From IMG/VR virus record IMGVR_UViG_3300028393_000031: a stretch of DNA of 57,052 bases, one strand, 5' to 3'. Origin of the DNA: an uncultured virus (IMG/VR IMGVR_UViG_3300028393_000031). Taxonomy: Duplodnaviria; Heunggongvirae; Uroviricota; Caudoviricetes. The notes under the pieces were generated by a model. That model was not told where the DNA came from. It saw nothing but the letters and a program-made list of their open reading frames with translations, and ran no database searches. Position 1 is the first letter of the stretch. Each line of letters starts with the position of its first letter. Made by a program: the position numbers and the translations under genes. Positions 48,114 through 56,850 of this stretch are shown here, one piece after another.

Positions 48114-48971
48114 GTGAAGATCCTAATAATCAGACAAGGTGCGCTTGGTGATGTTATAATGGCCACAGGAATTGTTCGTGCTGTATACGAAAAATATAAT
48201 GCACCAACGATTGATGTGGCTACTGACTATTCTGATGTATTCTTGAATAACATCTATGTCAATCGTGTTGGGCAATTAAACACACTGACAGAAAATAATT
48301 ATGATTTAACTATCAATTTGGATATGGCATATGAAATGTCTCCTGCCATACATGCCATTAATGCATATGCATTACGTGCCGATTTAAATTATAACGAAAC
48401 TGATTTGCATACTGAATTGTTTGTACAAAAAGAATCATACGATTCTTTGTCCCAATACAATCTGCCTGAAAAATTCATTGTACTACATCAACGATATCAT
48501 TATTGGTCTAATAGAAATTTGCCCGGTGAGTTTTATATTGACCTTGCTAGTAAAATTATAGGTGTTACTGGGCACCCAGTGGTGCAAATAGGTGGCGAAT
48601 TTGATCATAAGTTTGGTACAATTGATGGATTGTTATACGACCTAACTAACAAGCTGTCTTTACACGAAACTGCTGCACTTATTGAAAAAGCAAAAGCCTT
48701 TGTTGGCATTGATGCAGGTCCTATGCACATTGCATCTGCAACCAATACCCCTGTTGTTGGACTATTTACTAGTGTTAAAGCAGAATATAGAGAACCAAAA
48801 AATCGTACAGTTCCGCACATTAACATTGCCAGCAATATTGAATGCTATGGATGTGTAGATGCCTTGCCAGCACCAGTTACAGAATACCATTGCGGTCGTG
48901 GTGATGACGAATGCACTCGTCGTTTCTCTTCTGATTTTATAATTGAAAGATTAAAAACTTTATTATGTTGA
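48114..48971 (+). CDS. GT9-family (ADP-heptose:LPS heptosyltransferase-like) glycosyltransferase
   Basis: MKILIIRQGALGDVIMAT..LSLHETAALIEKAKAFVGIDAGPMHIASA..PVVGLF with a C-terminal Cys cluster. Confidence 0.9.
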   Translation: MKILIIRQGALGDVIMATGIVRAVYEKYNAPTIDVATDYSDVFLNNIYVNRVGQLNTLTENNYDLTINLDMAYEMSPAIHAINAYALRADLNYNETDLHTELFVQKESYDSLSQYNLPEKFIVLHQRYHYWSNRNLPGEFYIDLASKIIGVTGHPVVQIGGEFDHKFGTIDGLLYDLTNKLSLHETAALIEKAKAFVGIDAGPMHIASATNTPVVGLFTSVKAEYREPKNRTVPHINIASNIECYGCVDALPAPVTEYHCGRGDDECTRRFSSDFIIERLKTLLC

Positions 48972-49726
48972 CATACAAACACTCGGGCACCACCGGTGAC
49001 TTAATTTACAGCCTTTATCTTGTTAGAAAAATGGGCGGCGGCCACTACAAGGTGGCTATTGAAAATATTGAAAACTGTGTATCCAAATATGGTTACATAC
49101 GTGGTGATGTGGATCCAGCACATCGAGGCAGATTTACCACTCAAGACTTTGAATGGTTAAAACCTCTACTAGAGCGACAACCTTACATCAATGAGGTGTC
49201 AACTTGGCGTCAGGGCGACTCGGAACCTGACATAGACCTAGACCAATTCCGTGGAGTACTCTATCGCAGCTTTGAAGGCAACATACTAGAAGCCTATCAT
49301 AAAACTTTTAATATTCCTTTTAGCAAAAGTGATTATAATAATCCATGGTTAGAAGCAGATGCAATTAAAGAAGCACCAGTGGTAATAACAAGAAGTTCTC
49401 GCTATTTGCCTCCTAACGGAGAAGCAGCCTGGCGCGAATTGGTCAAACAAATTGATCTAACTGCTGTAGCCGTGTTTGTTGGTACTCCCACCGAGCACAA
49501 AACCTTTGTAGATATGTTTAATGTAGCTGTACCCTATAGGCCGGTTAAGGATTTCTTAGAGCTAGCCAGTGTTATCAATGGCGCTGATTTATTTGTAGGT
49601 AATCAAGGATTTGCCTATAGTCTGGCAACAGGCCTAGGAAAAACTACTTCTTTAGAAATCAATAAAGTAGTACCAAATTACATGAACGAATGCTATTTCC
49701 CTCGCCCAGCCGCACAATATTTTTAA
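48965..49726 (+). CDS. GT9-like glycosyltransferase
   Basis: HSGTTGDLIYSL..DFLELASVINGADLFVGNQGFAYSLA. Confidence 0.7.
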   Translation: MLTYKHSGTTGDLIYSLYLVRKMGGGHYKVAIENIENCVSKYGYIRGDVDPAHRGRFTTQDFEWLKPLLERQPYINEVSTWRQGDSEPDIDLDQFRGVLYRSFEGNILEAYHKTFNIPFSKSDYNNPWLEADAIKEAPVVITRSSRYLPPNGEAAWRELVKQIDLTAVAVFVGTPTEHKTFVDMFNVAVPYRPVKDFLELASVINGADLFVGNQGFAYSLATGLGKTTSLEINKVVPNYMNECYFPRPAAQYF

Positions 49727-49730
49727 TTTT

Positions 49731-50414
49731 ATGACCACCCAACTACACTTAACAGCACAACAAATACGCGACCTTGATATCAAAGAGGTATTTGCAGGAC
49801 AAGCCATGGCGCAACATCGACAGGATGTCTTTGTTTTATCCGAACTTGGATTTAAAAAGAATGGATACTTTGTTGAATTTGGAGCAACCAATGGCAAGGA
49901 TATTAGCAACTCTTGGGTATTGGAAAATGTATTCGGATGGACAGGTATATTGGCCGAGCCTGGAAAGAATTGGCATGAAGATTTATTTAAAAATCGTAAA
50001 TGTCATATTGAGACTAAATGCGTTTGGAAAGAAACCGGCCCAATTCTTACTTTTAATGAAACGCTAGTACCTGACCTATCTTGCATTGATAAATTCAGTG
50101 GGCATGACATGTGGGCACATTCTAGAGAGAATGGCAAATTGTATGAAGTTGAAACTATATCGTTAAACGATATGCTAGCCAAATACAATGCACCCAATGA
50201 AATTGATTATTTGTCAATTGATACAGAAGGCAGTGAGTTTGATATACTAAACACCTTTGATTTTGATAGATATAAGTTTAAAGTAATCACATGTGAACAC
50301 AATTTTACCCCGATGCGAAATACTATATTTCAATTGCTAACATCAAAGGGTTACATTAGAAAATACACAGAGATTTCTAATGTTGATGATTGGTATGTGT
50401 TACCGCCACAATGA
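49731..50414 (+). CDS. FkbM-family methyltransferase
   Basis: GYFVEFGATNG..SN..GWTGILAEP..IDYLSIDTEGSE..ITCEHN. Confidence 0.9.
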   Translation: MTTQLHLTAQQIRDLDIKEVFAGQAMAQHRQDVFVLSELGFKKNGYFVEFGATNGKDISNSWVLENVFGWTGILAEPGKNWHEDLFKNRKCHIETKCVWKETGPILTFNETLVPDLSCIDKFSGHDMWAHSRENGKLYEVETISLNDMLAKYNAPNEIDYLSIDTEGSEFDILNTFDFDRYKFKVITCEHNFTPMRNTIFQLLTSKGYIRKYTEISNVDDWYVLPPQ

Positions 50415-51185
50415 CTCTAAATTATCTATAGTTATAGCATATTCATTTGATATTTCATCTTCGTGCAAATATCTATGTTGAGGATATAACCAAGTCTTTT
50501 CCCATTCCATTTTATCTCCGGGTACAAATACATCCGGGGATTTTTTCATTTGTTCAACACTTGGAAAATTAATAATAATATTTGATTTTAGCCCTATAGC
50601 AGTTGCCAGATGCATTAAACCAGAATGCATTCCAAAGTAGTATTTACAATTAGCCAATAGACTAATAGTTTGCTCTAATCCAATACCTGTCTTTACTATA
50701 GTATTATTGAATCCAAAAGATTTAGAACCTATTTCAATAAAATTAAAGTAATCTTTATTTTTAGAAATAAATTCTTGTACAGTGACTCTATGTTCTGGAT
50801 ACAGTTGCCTGGGTCTTGGATGCAACTCGGTTTGCATAGACACTCCCGCACCAACATCAAAACTAAAAGCAATATTATTTTTAACTGGTTTATATTCAAT
50901 TAAATCAAGCATTGCTTTAGGTTCGTCTAAAGAATCTAATCCTGAGGCTATACGTACACGATTAAAAAGGTGTGGGCGATGATTTCCAAAATCACGATCT
51001 ACTAGTAAATGAATTCCTAATCCTTGTCCAATGGGAGTTTCTAAAGTGGGAATACTACTATACTTTTTCAATATAGAAAAATGCGGGCTTGGAGACCAAA
51101 TTGGTTTATTGGTGTTAAAACACGATATGCAATCACCCAATCCGTGACTTGGGTTGTATACAAAAAAATCAGAAGTGTCAGACAT
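50400..51185 (-). CDS. GT9-like glycosyltransferase
   Basis: HGLGDCI..LEQTISLLANCKYYFGMHSGLMHLATAIG; own late promoter TATAAATA at 51199-51206 on the minus strand. Confidence 0.7.
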   Translation of the reverse strand: MSDTSDFFVYNPSHGLGDCISCFNTNKPIWSPSPHFSILKKYSSIPTLETPIGQGLGIHLLVDRDFGNHRPHLFNRVRIASGLDSLDEPKAMLDLIEYKPVKNNIAFSFDVGAGVSMQTELHPRPRQLYPEHRVTVQEFISKNKDYFNFIEIGSKSFGFNNTIVKTGIGLEQTISLLANCKYYFGMHSGLMHLATAIGLKSNIIINFPSVEQMKKSPDVFVPGDKMEWEKTWLYPQHRYLHEDEISNEYAITIDNLESLWR

Positions 51186-51267
51186 TATTTTTATAAAATA
51201 TTTATAGACATTAAATACTACTATAAAATTAACTTGCTATTCAAATTGAAATATGCAATAATACATA

Positions 51268-51885
51268 ATGACAAACAAAACATTTAACCCTGACCGTTTG
51301 GTTGGACACGAGACACACAAAAGTTATCAATATCTGATAGAATCTGGATTTATGCAAAAATATTTCAGTGGTGATAATATCATTGAGGTAGGGTATGCAG
51401 GGCGAGGCGGATGTGTGCCTATTACAGAAAACGCCATTGGTATTGATAACGATTACCCTGGCTATGATGGTTTGCATTTACCGTTCCCTAATCAAAGTCA
51501 AGACACAGTTTATTCTAGTCATTGCCTAGAACATATACCCGATTCACGTGCAGCATTGGCAGACTGGTTTCGTGTAATAAAACAAGGCGGGCACTTGATT
51601 ATTGCAGTACCGCACCAACAATTGTACGAAAAGAAAATGGCCTTGCCCAGTACCTATGCTCCGTATGACCATGTTAAATTCTACATGCCTGGAATTCTAT
51701 TAAAAGAAATCGAAGAAGCATTACCATTTGGTGAATGGCGACTGCGCGGTATTTACGATAACGATATGGGGTTTGATTACTCATTGACAGCATACCAACA
51801 TAGCGTTGGTTGTTATGAAATAGTTGCAATTGTTCAGCGCATACATAAGTATCCGTATATTGATCAAATGTTAAATAGGTATTAA
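51268..51885 (+). CDS. Class I SAM-dependent methyltransferase (type 11-like)
   Basis: [46 protein letters not shown]. Confidence 0.88.
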   Translation: MTNKTFNPDRLVGHETHKSYQYLIESGFMQKYFSGDNIIEVGYAGRGGCVPITENAIGIDNDYPGYDGLHLPFPNQSQDTVYSSHCLEHIPDSRAALADWFRVIKQGGHLIIAVPHQQLYEKKMALPSTYAPYDHVKFYMPGILLKEIEEALPFGEWRLRGIYDNDMGFDYSLTAYQHSVGCYEIVAIVQRIHKYPYIDQMLNRY

Positions 51886-51892
51886 AAATAAA

Positions 51893-53029
51893 ATGAGATT
51901 TCACATATTAGGTTTACCACATACGGTTACAAGCAAAGAGTATAATGCCTGCGCATATACACAAAAAGTAGTTAAATTTGGTAAGATGATGAAGGCCCGT
52001 GGTCACACCATTATACATTACGGTCATGAAGATAGCGATTTAGTTTGCGACGAACATGTAACTGTACTCACCAACCAGGATTTAGAAATAGCATATGGAA
52101 ATTATGACTGGCGAAAGAACTTTTTTAAATTTGACGTAAAAGATCACGCCTATCAAGCATTCTATGCTAATGCTATTATGGAAGTAGGAAGAAGAAAACA
52201 AAAGAATGACTTTATATTACCTTTTTGGGGCAGCGGGGTAAGACCAATTTGCGATGCCCATCCAGATCTTATAACAGTAGAGCCGGGTATAGGTTACGCA
52301 GGTGGTCATTGGGCCAGATTTAAGATTTTTGAAAGCTATGCAATTTATCACGCATACTATGGTTTACCAGCAGTGGGGCATTGTAAACAAGATTGGTACG
52401 ATGTTGTTATTCCTAATTATTTCGATGTTGCAGATTTTGATTATAAGCCCGAAGAAAAAGAAGATTACTTTTTATATGTCGGTAGGGTCTACGATGGCAA
52501 GGGTGTTAATATTGCTATACAAGCAACTGAAGCAATTGGTGCCCGTTTAAAAATTGCAGGTCAGGGTAATTTATATGAAATGGGATTTACAAGTATTCCG
52601 GACCATGTGGATTTTGTAGGTTATGCAGACGTTGAGGCAAGAAGAAAACTCATGAGCCGTGCCAAGGCTGCATTTGTTCCTAGTATGTATGTTGAACCAT
52701 TCGGCGGCGTGCAAATTGAAATGTTAATGAGCGGTACTCCTACTATATCAACTGATTGGGGTAGTTTTGCCGAAAATAACTTACATGGCGTAACTGGATA
52801 TCGTTGCAGAACATTTGAACAATTTGTCTGGGCTGCTAAAAATATTGATAATATTAGCACCGAGGCTTGCCGTAATTGGGCAGTGGACAATTTTAGTTTA
52901 GATAAAGTTGCAGTTATGTACGAGGAATATTTTCAATCTGTATTGAACATTTATAATGGCAAGGGCTGGTATGAAACCAATCCAAACCGAGTTGATTTAA
53001 GTTATAACGGTAAAGTCTTTCCAAAATAA
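51893..53029 (+). CDS. GT4-family glycosyltransferase
   Basis: [43 protein letters not shown]. Confidence 0.92.
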   Translation: MRFHILGLPHTVTSKEYNACAYTQKVVKFGKMMKARGHTIIHYGHEDSDLVCDEHVTVLTNQDLEIAYGNYDWRKNFFKFDVKDHAYQAFYANAIMEVGRRKQKNDFILPFWGSGVRPICDAHPDLITVEPGIGYAGGHWARFKIFESYAIYHAYYGLPAVGHCKQDWYDVVIPNYFDVADFDYKPEEKEDYFLYVGRVYDGKGVNIAIQATEAIGARLKIAGQGNLYEMGFTSIPDHVDFVGYADVEARRKLMSRAKAAFVPSMYVEPFGGVQIEMLMSGTPTISTDWGSFAENNLHGVTGYRCRTFEQFVWAAKNIDNISTEACRNWAVDNFSLDKVAVMYEEYFQSVLNIYNGKGWYETNPNRVDLSYNGKVFPK

Positions 53030-53031
53030 AG

Positions 53032-53087
53032 TGTTGTAAATTTACAACAAAAAACTAGTTGACAACATATCAATAATCCAGTAAAAT
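53032..53087 (+). promoter_or_regulatory. Early promoter with an upstream 18-bp palindrome
   Basis: TGTTGTAAATTTACAACA (53032-53049), then TTGACA-17 nt-TAAAAT (53059-53087). Confidence 0.85.
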
Positions 53088-53115
53088 ACGGGCTGTAATA
53101 AACTTTGGACTCAGT

Positions 53116-53445
53116 ATGAAAGTTATTCAAGAAACAACAGCCTGGAAAGATTCGTCTATTCCTAATCACGTGTATTATGTTGATGACTCTATGAGTAAAA
53201 TGGTTTCCTACATTCCAGTAGGAACCAATGATAAAATTACATTCAAAAAACCAATTGCCTTTGATCGCCGAGGCCGTAGTTTCACTGTATTGAAAACAGT
53301 TAAAACAGAAGACTCAATACAAGTAAACGGCAGCAAAGGCGCAGTATATACTCTAACCCGTAATGATGGTAAATGGGCCTGTTCATGTCCTGGGTTTAGT
53401 TTTAGAGGGGCATGCAAGCATACAGCATCTGCTCCTGCTTCTTAA
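53116..53445 (+). CDS. SWIM zinc-finger protein
   Basis: GSKGAVY..WACSCPGFSFRGACKH (CxC...CxH). Confidence 0.85.
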   Translation: MKVIQETTAWKDSSIPNHVYYVDDSMSKMVSYIPVGTNDKITFKKPIAFDRRGRSFTVLKTVKTEDSIQVNGSKGAVYTLTRNDGKWACSCPGFSFRGACKHTASAPAS

Positions 53446-53456
53446 ATACAGTTACT

Positions 53457-53708
53457 ATGACAAAATGTTTTACTTGCAATCAAGAAATTAATCCCAATTG
53501 TGAATTTAATCAAGGGCGCTGTCCGCATGCTACACCATTAATTAATATTCAGCCCAAGGATACCAGTCAAGGTCATTTCTATGTTAGTGTTGTAAAGAGT
53601 GCGGTGCGTATTGCCGCAGGCTCTGCACTTATTATGGGATCACTAGCCGTTTGCGGGTGGTTACTTATATTAGCAGAAATACTAGGAGTGGTAGAGGAGA
53701 TAGTATGA
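53457..53708 (+). CDS. Small membrane protein with an N-terminal Cys motif
   Basis: Likely start ATG 53457; CFTC..C..CPH, then a hydrophobic segment ending AEILGVVEEIV. Confidence 0.65.
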   Translation: MTKCFTCNQEINPNCEFNQGRCPHATPLINIQPKDTSQGHFYVSVVKSAVRIAAGSALIMGSLAVCGWLLILAEILGVVEEIV

Positions 53709-53908
53709 TTATACGCGAACACATTATTCGAAATATGTGCATGACTTACAGGCACGACTACGAACTAGATCGACATCCCGACAATGCTGCCTTTGTAGCA
53801 GGAATGACAGGATCGGAACGTAAAGCATTATGGGACAAAATGGCCCAAATCTTTGATAATAACATATGGCCGCATATGGATTTTAGGAACGAGGACGACT
53901 GGAAATAG
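53705..53908 (+). CDS. Hypothetical protein
   Basis: MIIREHIIRNMCMTYRHDY..., SD GAGGAG, ATGA overlap. Confidence 0.7.
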   Translation: MIIREHIIRNMCMTYRHDYELDRHPDNAAFVAGMTGSERKALWDKMAQIFDNNIWPHMDFRNEDDWK

Positions 53909-53914
53909 GCATTT

Positions 53915-53969
53915 TGTTGTAAAAAAACAACAAAAAACGGTTGACAACATCCCAAATTGGCACTATAAT
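53915..53969 (+). promoter_or_regulatory. Early promoter with an upstream 18-bp palindrome
   Basis: TGTTGTAAAAAAACAACA (53915-53932), then TTGACA-17 nt-TATAAT (53941-53969). Confidence 0.88.
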
Positions 53970-54012
53970 TAGTGTTTTAGCAGCAGGACTTCGTTGTAAT
54001 ACTGCTAGAAAA

Positions 54013-54068
54013 TGTGGTTTTTATACAACAAAAAAACAGTTGACAAGTTAGCCGTTTCTATGTATAAT
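54013..54068 (+). promoter_or_regulatory. Early promoter with an upstream 18-bp palindrome
   Basis: TGTGGTTTTTATACAACA (54013-54030), then TTGACA-17 nt-TATAAT (54040-54068). Confidence 0.88.
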
Positions 54069-54099
54069 ACTTACTTACACACACAAAACAGGAGTTTTA

Positions 54100-55122
54100 A
54101 TGTCAACAGCAACTATTCGTATCACGTCCGGAACCTATCGTGCTAAGAAAGTAAACGGCATGTCGTTTGCACTAGTTGAGCAATATCGCAGTACACCTAA
54201 AGGTGGCTATGTTACTGTTAAGAATGATGGAAACTTTCCCGGTTTCCCTGAAGAAATTCGTGTCAAAGTCAACGGACCTACTGACTACGAATTTGTCTCT
54301 GGCACTGAACTTGCTCAAGTTGAGCCAGAAGTTGTTAGCACCAAAACCGACGAAGAACGCATAGAAGAAATTGCAGAGCGTTTTGAAATCCTGACAGATA
54401 TGACTAAGGCTGCAATCAGCGGCGACATCCGTGCTATGATTGTATCGGGCCCGCCCGGTGTTGGCAAGAGCTATAGCGTTGAGCAAGAAGTTGAAAAAGC
54501 ATGTCTACTAGATCAGATCAGCGGCAAGCGTCTTCGTGCAGAAGTCGTTAAAGGTTCTGCTACTCCTATCGGACTGTATCAAACTCTTTACAAGTATAGC
54601 GATGCCAATTGCATGGTTGTATTTGACGATTGCGATAGCATTCTGCTTGACGACGTTGCCTTGAACTTGCTAAAGGGTGCTCTTGACTCTGGCAAGAAAC
54701 GTAAAATTTCTTGGCTCAGCGAGTCGAGCACTTTACGTCGTGAAGGCATCCCAGATCAATTCGAGTTCAAAGGTAGTGTAATCTTTATTACCAATTTGAA
54801 GTTCGACAAGATGAAATCGCAGAAACTGCGGGATCACTTGGATGCATTGCAATCACGTTGCCATTACTTGGATCTAACACTAGATACCATGCGTGACAAA
54901 GTATTGCGTATCAAACAGATTGCTCGTACCGGTGATTTGTTTGATGGCTACGATTTCGATCAATGCGCTCAAGATGAGATTGTTGACTTCATGGATGAGA
55001 ACAAGATGAAACTGCGCGAGATGAGCTTGCGTATGGCAACTAAAATTGCCGACTTGCGTAAGAGCTTTCCTTTGCGTTGGAAGTCGCTAGCACAGACTAC
55101 GTGTATGAAGCCAGCGGCATAA
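54100..55122 (+). CDS. AAA+ P-loop ATPase (early)
   Basis: Walker A GPPGVGKS, Walker B VVFDDCD, sensor IFITN, arginine finger ALQSRC; SD AGGAG. Confidence 0.9.
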   Translation: MSTATIRITSGTYRAKKVNGMSFALVEQYRSTPKGGYVTVKNDGNFPGFPEEIRVKVNGPTDYEFVSGTELAQVEPEVVSTKTDEERIEEIAERFEILTDMTKAAISGDIRAMIVSGPPGVGKSYSVEQEVEKACLLDQISGKRLRAEVVKGSATPIGLYQTLYKYSDANCMVVFDDCDSILLDDVALNLLKGALDSGKKRKISWLSESSTLRREGIPDQFEFKGSVIFITNLKFDKMKSQKLRDHLDALQSRCHYLDLTLDTMRDKVLRIKQIARTGDLFDGYDFDQCAQDEIVDFMDENKMKLREMSLRMATKIADLRKSFPLRWKSLAQTTCMKPAA

Positions 55123-55193
55123 GTTAACCCCCGCAGTGTGCGTAAGGGCAATGTCAATAAGTCCCTTCCGATAAATTTTAAAAGGAGTTAGAT

Positions 55194-55301
55194 ATGTTTC
55201 AAGTGTGGGATGGTGATTTGTTTTTGTTCACTTGCGAAGCCGACGAAGTTGACGCATACAAGTCTGAAGGTTTTTCTGTTAAACGTAACGTAAAGGATTA
55301 A
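55194..55301 (+). CDS. Small hypothetical protein (35 aa, not in the ORF track)
   Basis: MFQVWDGDLFLFTCEADEVDAYKSEGFSVKRNVKD*, with strong SD AAGGAG. Confidence 0.7.
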   Translation: MFQVWDGDLFLFTCEADEVDAYKSEGFSVKRNVKD

Positions 55302-55303
55302 AA

Positions 55304-55456
55304 ATGAAATCAACTAAAGTTTCCAGCAGCGGCGGCATTATCACATATAACTATGACAAGGATGGAAAGTATCTTGGTCTGATCCATACTGCTAAGAATG
55401 GATTATATTCGGGCAAGTTGGCAGTTCAGGAATCCAGGAACAAGAAAAATAAATGA
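55304..55456 (+). CDS. Small basic hypothetical protein (50 aa, not in the ORF track)
   Basis: MKSTKVSSSGGIITYNYDKDGKYLGLIHTAK...KKNK*, SD AAGGA, ATGA overlap with the next gene. Confidence 0.7.
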   Translation: MKSTKVSSSGGIITYNYDKDGKYLGLIHTAKNGLYSGKLAVQESRNKKNK

Positions 55457-55677
55457 TCACACTAACAGGACTAACTGCTAAACAGCGTACCTTATGTGAT
55501 ATCATGTGGGAGCTCGAAGCGCATGATGCAGTTGAGGCATTTATTGCTACCTTGCCTAAAAAAGATCAGCGCGAGTGCCGAACTCTGATTGATTTAATGG
55601 TAATGGCTTTTGCTGATGAAATTGCAGGAGTCGATGAAGCAAAAGATACGTTGAAACAATTTAGACTAGGAGCATAA
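55453..55677 (+). CDS. Hypothetical protein
   Basis: 74 aa, translationally coupled. Confidence 0.75.
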   Translation: MITLTGLTAKQRTLCDIMWELEAHDAVEAFIATLPKKDQRECRTLIDLMVMAFADEIAGVDEAKDTLKQFRLGA

Positions 55678-55678
55678 T

Positions 55679-55897
55679 ATGAAAGAAGGACTCATGGCAC
55701 TAGGTGCAATCGTGGCAGGGATCGCTACACTGGTATTCCTATCCTTTGTCCTAAGTTGGCCAGTAATGATGCTGTGGAATGGATGCTTGGTGGGTGCTAT
55801 CGACGGTGTTAAAGAAGTCACATGGCTACAGGCTTGGGGTATCCAGTTCCTATTTGGCGTCCTGTTCAAAGCCACCCCAATCACTAAGAAGGATTAA
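55679..55897 (+). CDS. Small membrane protein
   Basis: 72 aa, two hydrophobic segments, SD AGGAG. Confidence 0.8.
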   Translation: MKEGLMALGAIVAGIATLVFLSFVLSWPVMMLWNGCLVGAIDGVKEVTWLQAWGIQFLFGVLFKATPITKKD

Positions 55898-55898
55898 T

Positions 55899-56063
55899 AT
55901 GACTAAGCCCTTTAGTACCTGGTTGCAAGATTTGTGGCGTGAAAACTGCGACGAGCACGATGGTTGGGGGCAACCTCGTCTAACCCTACAGGAGTATTTT
56001 GGCAAATATAAGTGGTGGTTACGGCGAGAATATCGCTATCAACAAAGCGTCAAAACCCAGTAA
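55899..56063 (+). CDS. Hypothetical protein
   Basis: MTKPFSTWLQDLWRENCDEH..., 54 aa, SD AAGGA. Confidence 0.75.
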   Translation: MTKPFSTWLQDLWRENCDEHDGWGQPRLTLQEYFGKYKWWLRREYRYQQSVKTQ

Positions 56064-56076
56064 AAAGAAGGAAAAG

Positions 56077-56153
56077 TGTGGCAAAAATACCACATTTTTC
56101 CTGCAATTTTCTGCAATTTTTTGGTTGACAAACGGGCAAAACCGCTGTATAAT
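56077..56153 (+). promoter_or_regulatory. Early promoter with an upstream 18-bp palindrome
   Basis: TGTGGCAAAAATACCACA (56077-56094), tandem CTGCAATTTT x2, then TTGACA-17 nt-TATAAT (56125-56153). Confidence 0.88.
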
Positions 56154-56182
56154 ACATACTTAAACAGCAAAAAGGAGTCGTT

Positions 56183-56515
56183 ATGCAAGTCCGTGAAACT
56201 GAAACTAAACGTGCAGGTTTTTATGCTTGGGGCGCCGCCCGCGATGCAGCTATCAAAAGCTATGCAGCCAGCACTACCTATTCTGATGCGCAGAAGCTAA
56301 AGGCAGAACGAGTTAAATTAGGACTCGAACTTTGCTATCACAGTCGCGCTATTCACATCAACTTCCGTAAAAAGTGGATCACGGTTCACATCGAAGAACC
56401 TCAAGTGCGCGATGTACGTAATCTTGCTCTGCTGGAAGCAGACTACGAACTGCAAGGAATTTCTAAATCTGTTAACAAAGATGGCGACATTTCTTACAGA
56501 ATTATGCGAGCATAA
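56183..56515 (+). CDS. Early hypothetical protein
   Basis: 110 aa, SD AAGGAG, own promoter. Confidence 0.8.
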   Translation: MQVRETETKRAGFYAWGAARDAAIKSYAASTTYSDAQKLKAERVKLGLELCYHSRAIHINFRKKWITVHIEEPQVRDVRNLALLEADYELQGISKSVNKDGDISYRIMRA

Positions 56516-56520
56516 AACGG

Positions 56521-56549
56521 TTGACAGCTAGCTCGAAATACGTTATAAT
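56521..56549 (+). promoter_or_regulatory. Sigma70-type early promoter
   Basis: TTGACA-17 nt-TATAAT. Confidence 0.9.
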
Positions 56550-56576
56550 ATACACTTACACACACTGGAGCACACG

Positions 56577-56849
56577 ATGAAAGTTTCCGCACTCACAGCC
56601 TATGTAGATCAGAAGAATCGTTGGAACGCCATCTTCAAAGGCGAGCAGTTTGAATTCCAAAGTACTAAAGGTCGCCAACGCATCGCTGATGCACTAGACG
56701 CAGACCTAAGCCCCGAGAACTTGAGCTGCGACGGCGAACTGCCCCGTGCAGAAATTCAACGTCGTTACAAGTCTCTGCGTGAAGCGGCTGTGCAGTTGAC
56801 AGCATTGGATCCACAGGTTAAGATGTACGAATTCTACACTGGAGAATAA
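56577..56849 (+). CDS. Early hypothetical protein
   Basis: 90 aa, SD GGAG; LSPENLSCDGEL motif. Confidence 0.8.
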   Translation: MKVSALTAYVDQKNRWNAIFKGEQFEFQSTKGRQRIADALDADLSPENLSCDGELPRAEIQRRYKSLREAAVQLTALDPQVKMYEFYTGE

Positions 56850-56850
56850 T

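Noticed and set aside
56076..56300. 74-aa ORF starting at GTG 56076
   Set aside because: Runs through the operator and promoter and overlaps the better-supported ORF 56183
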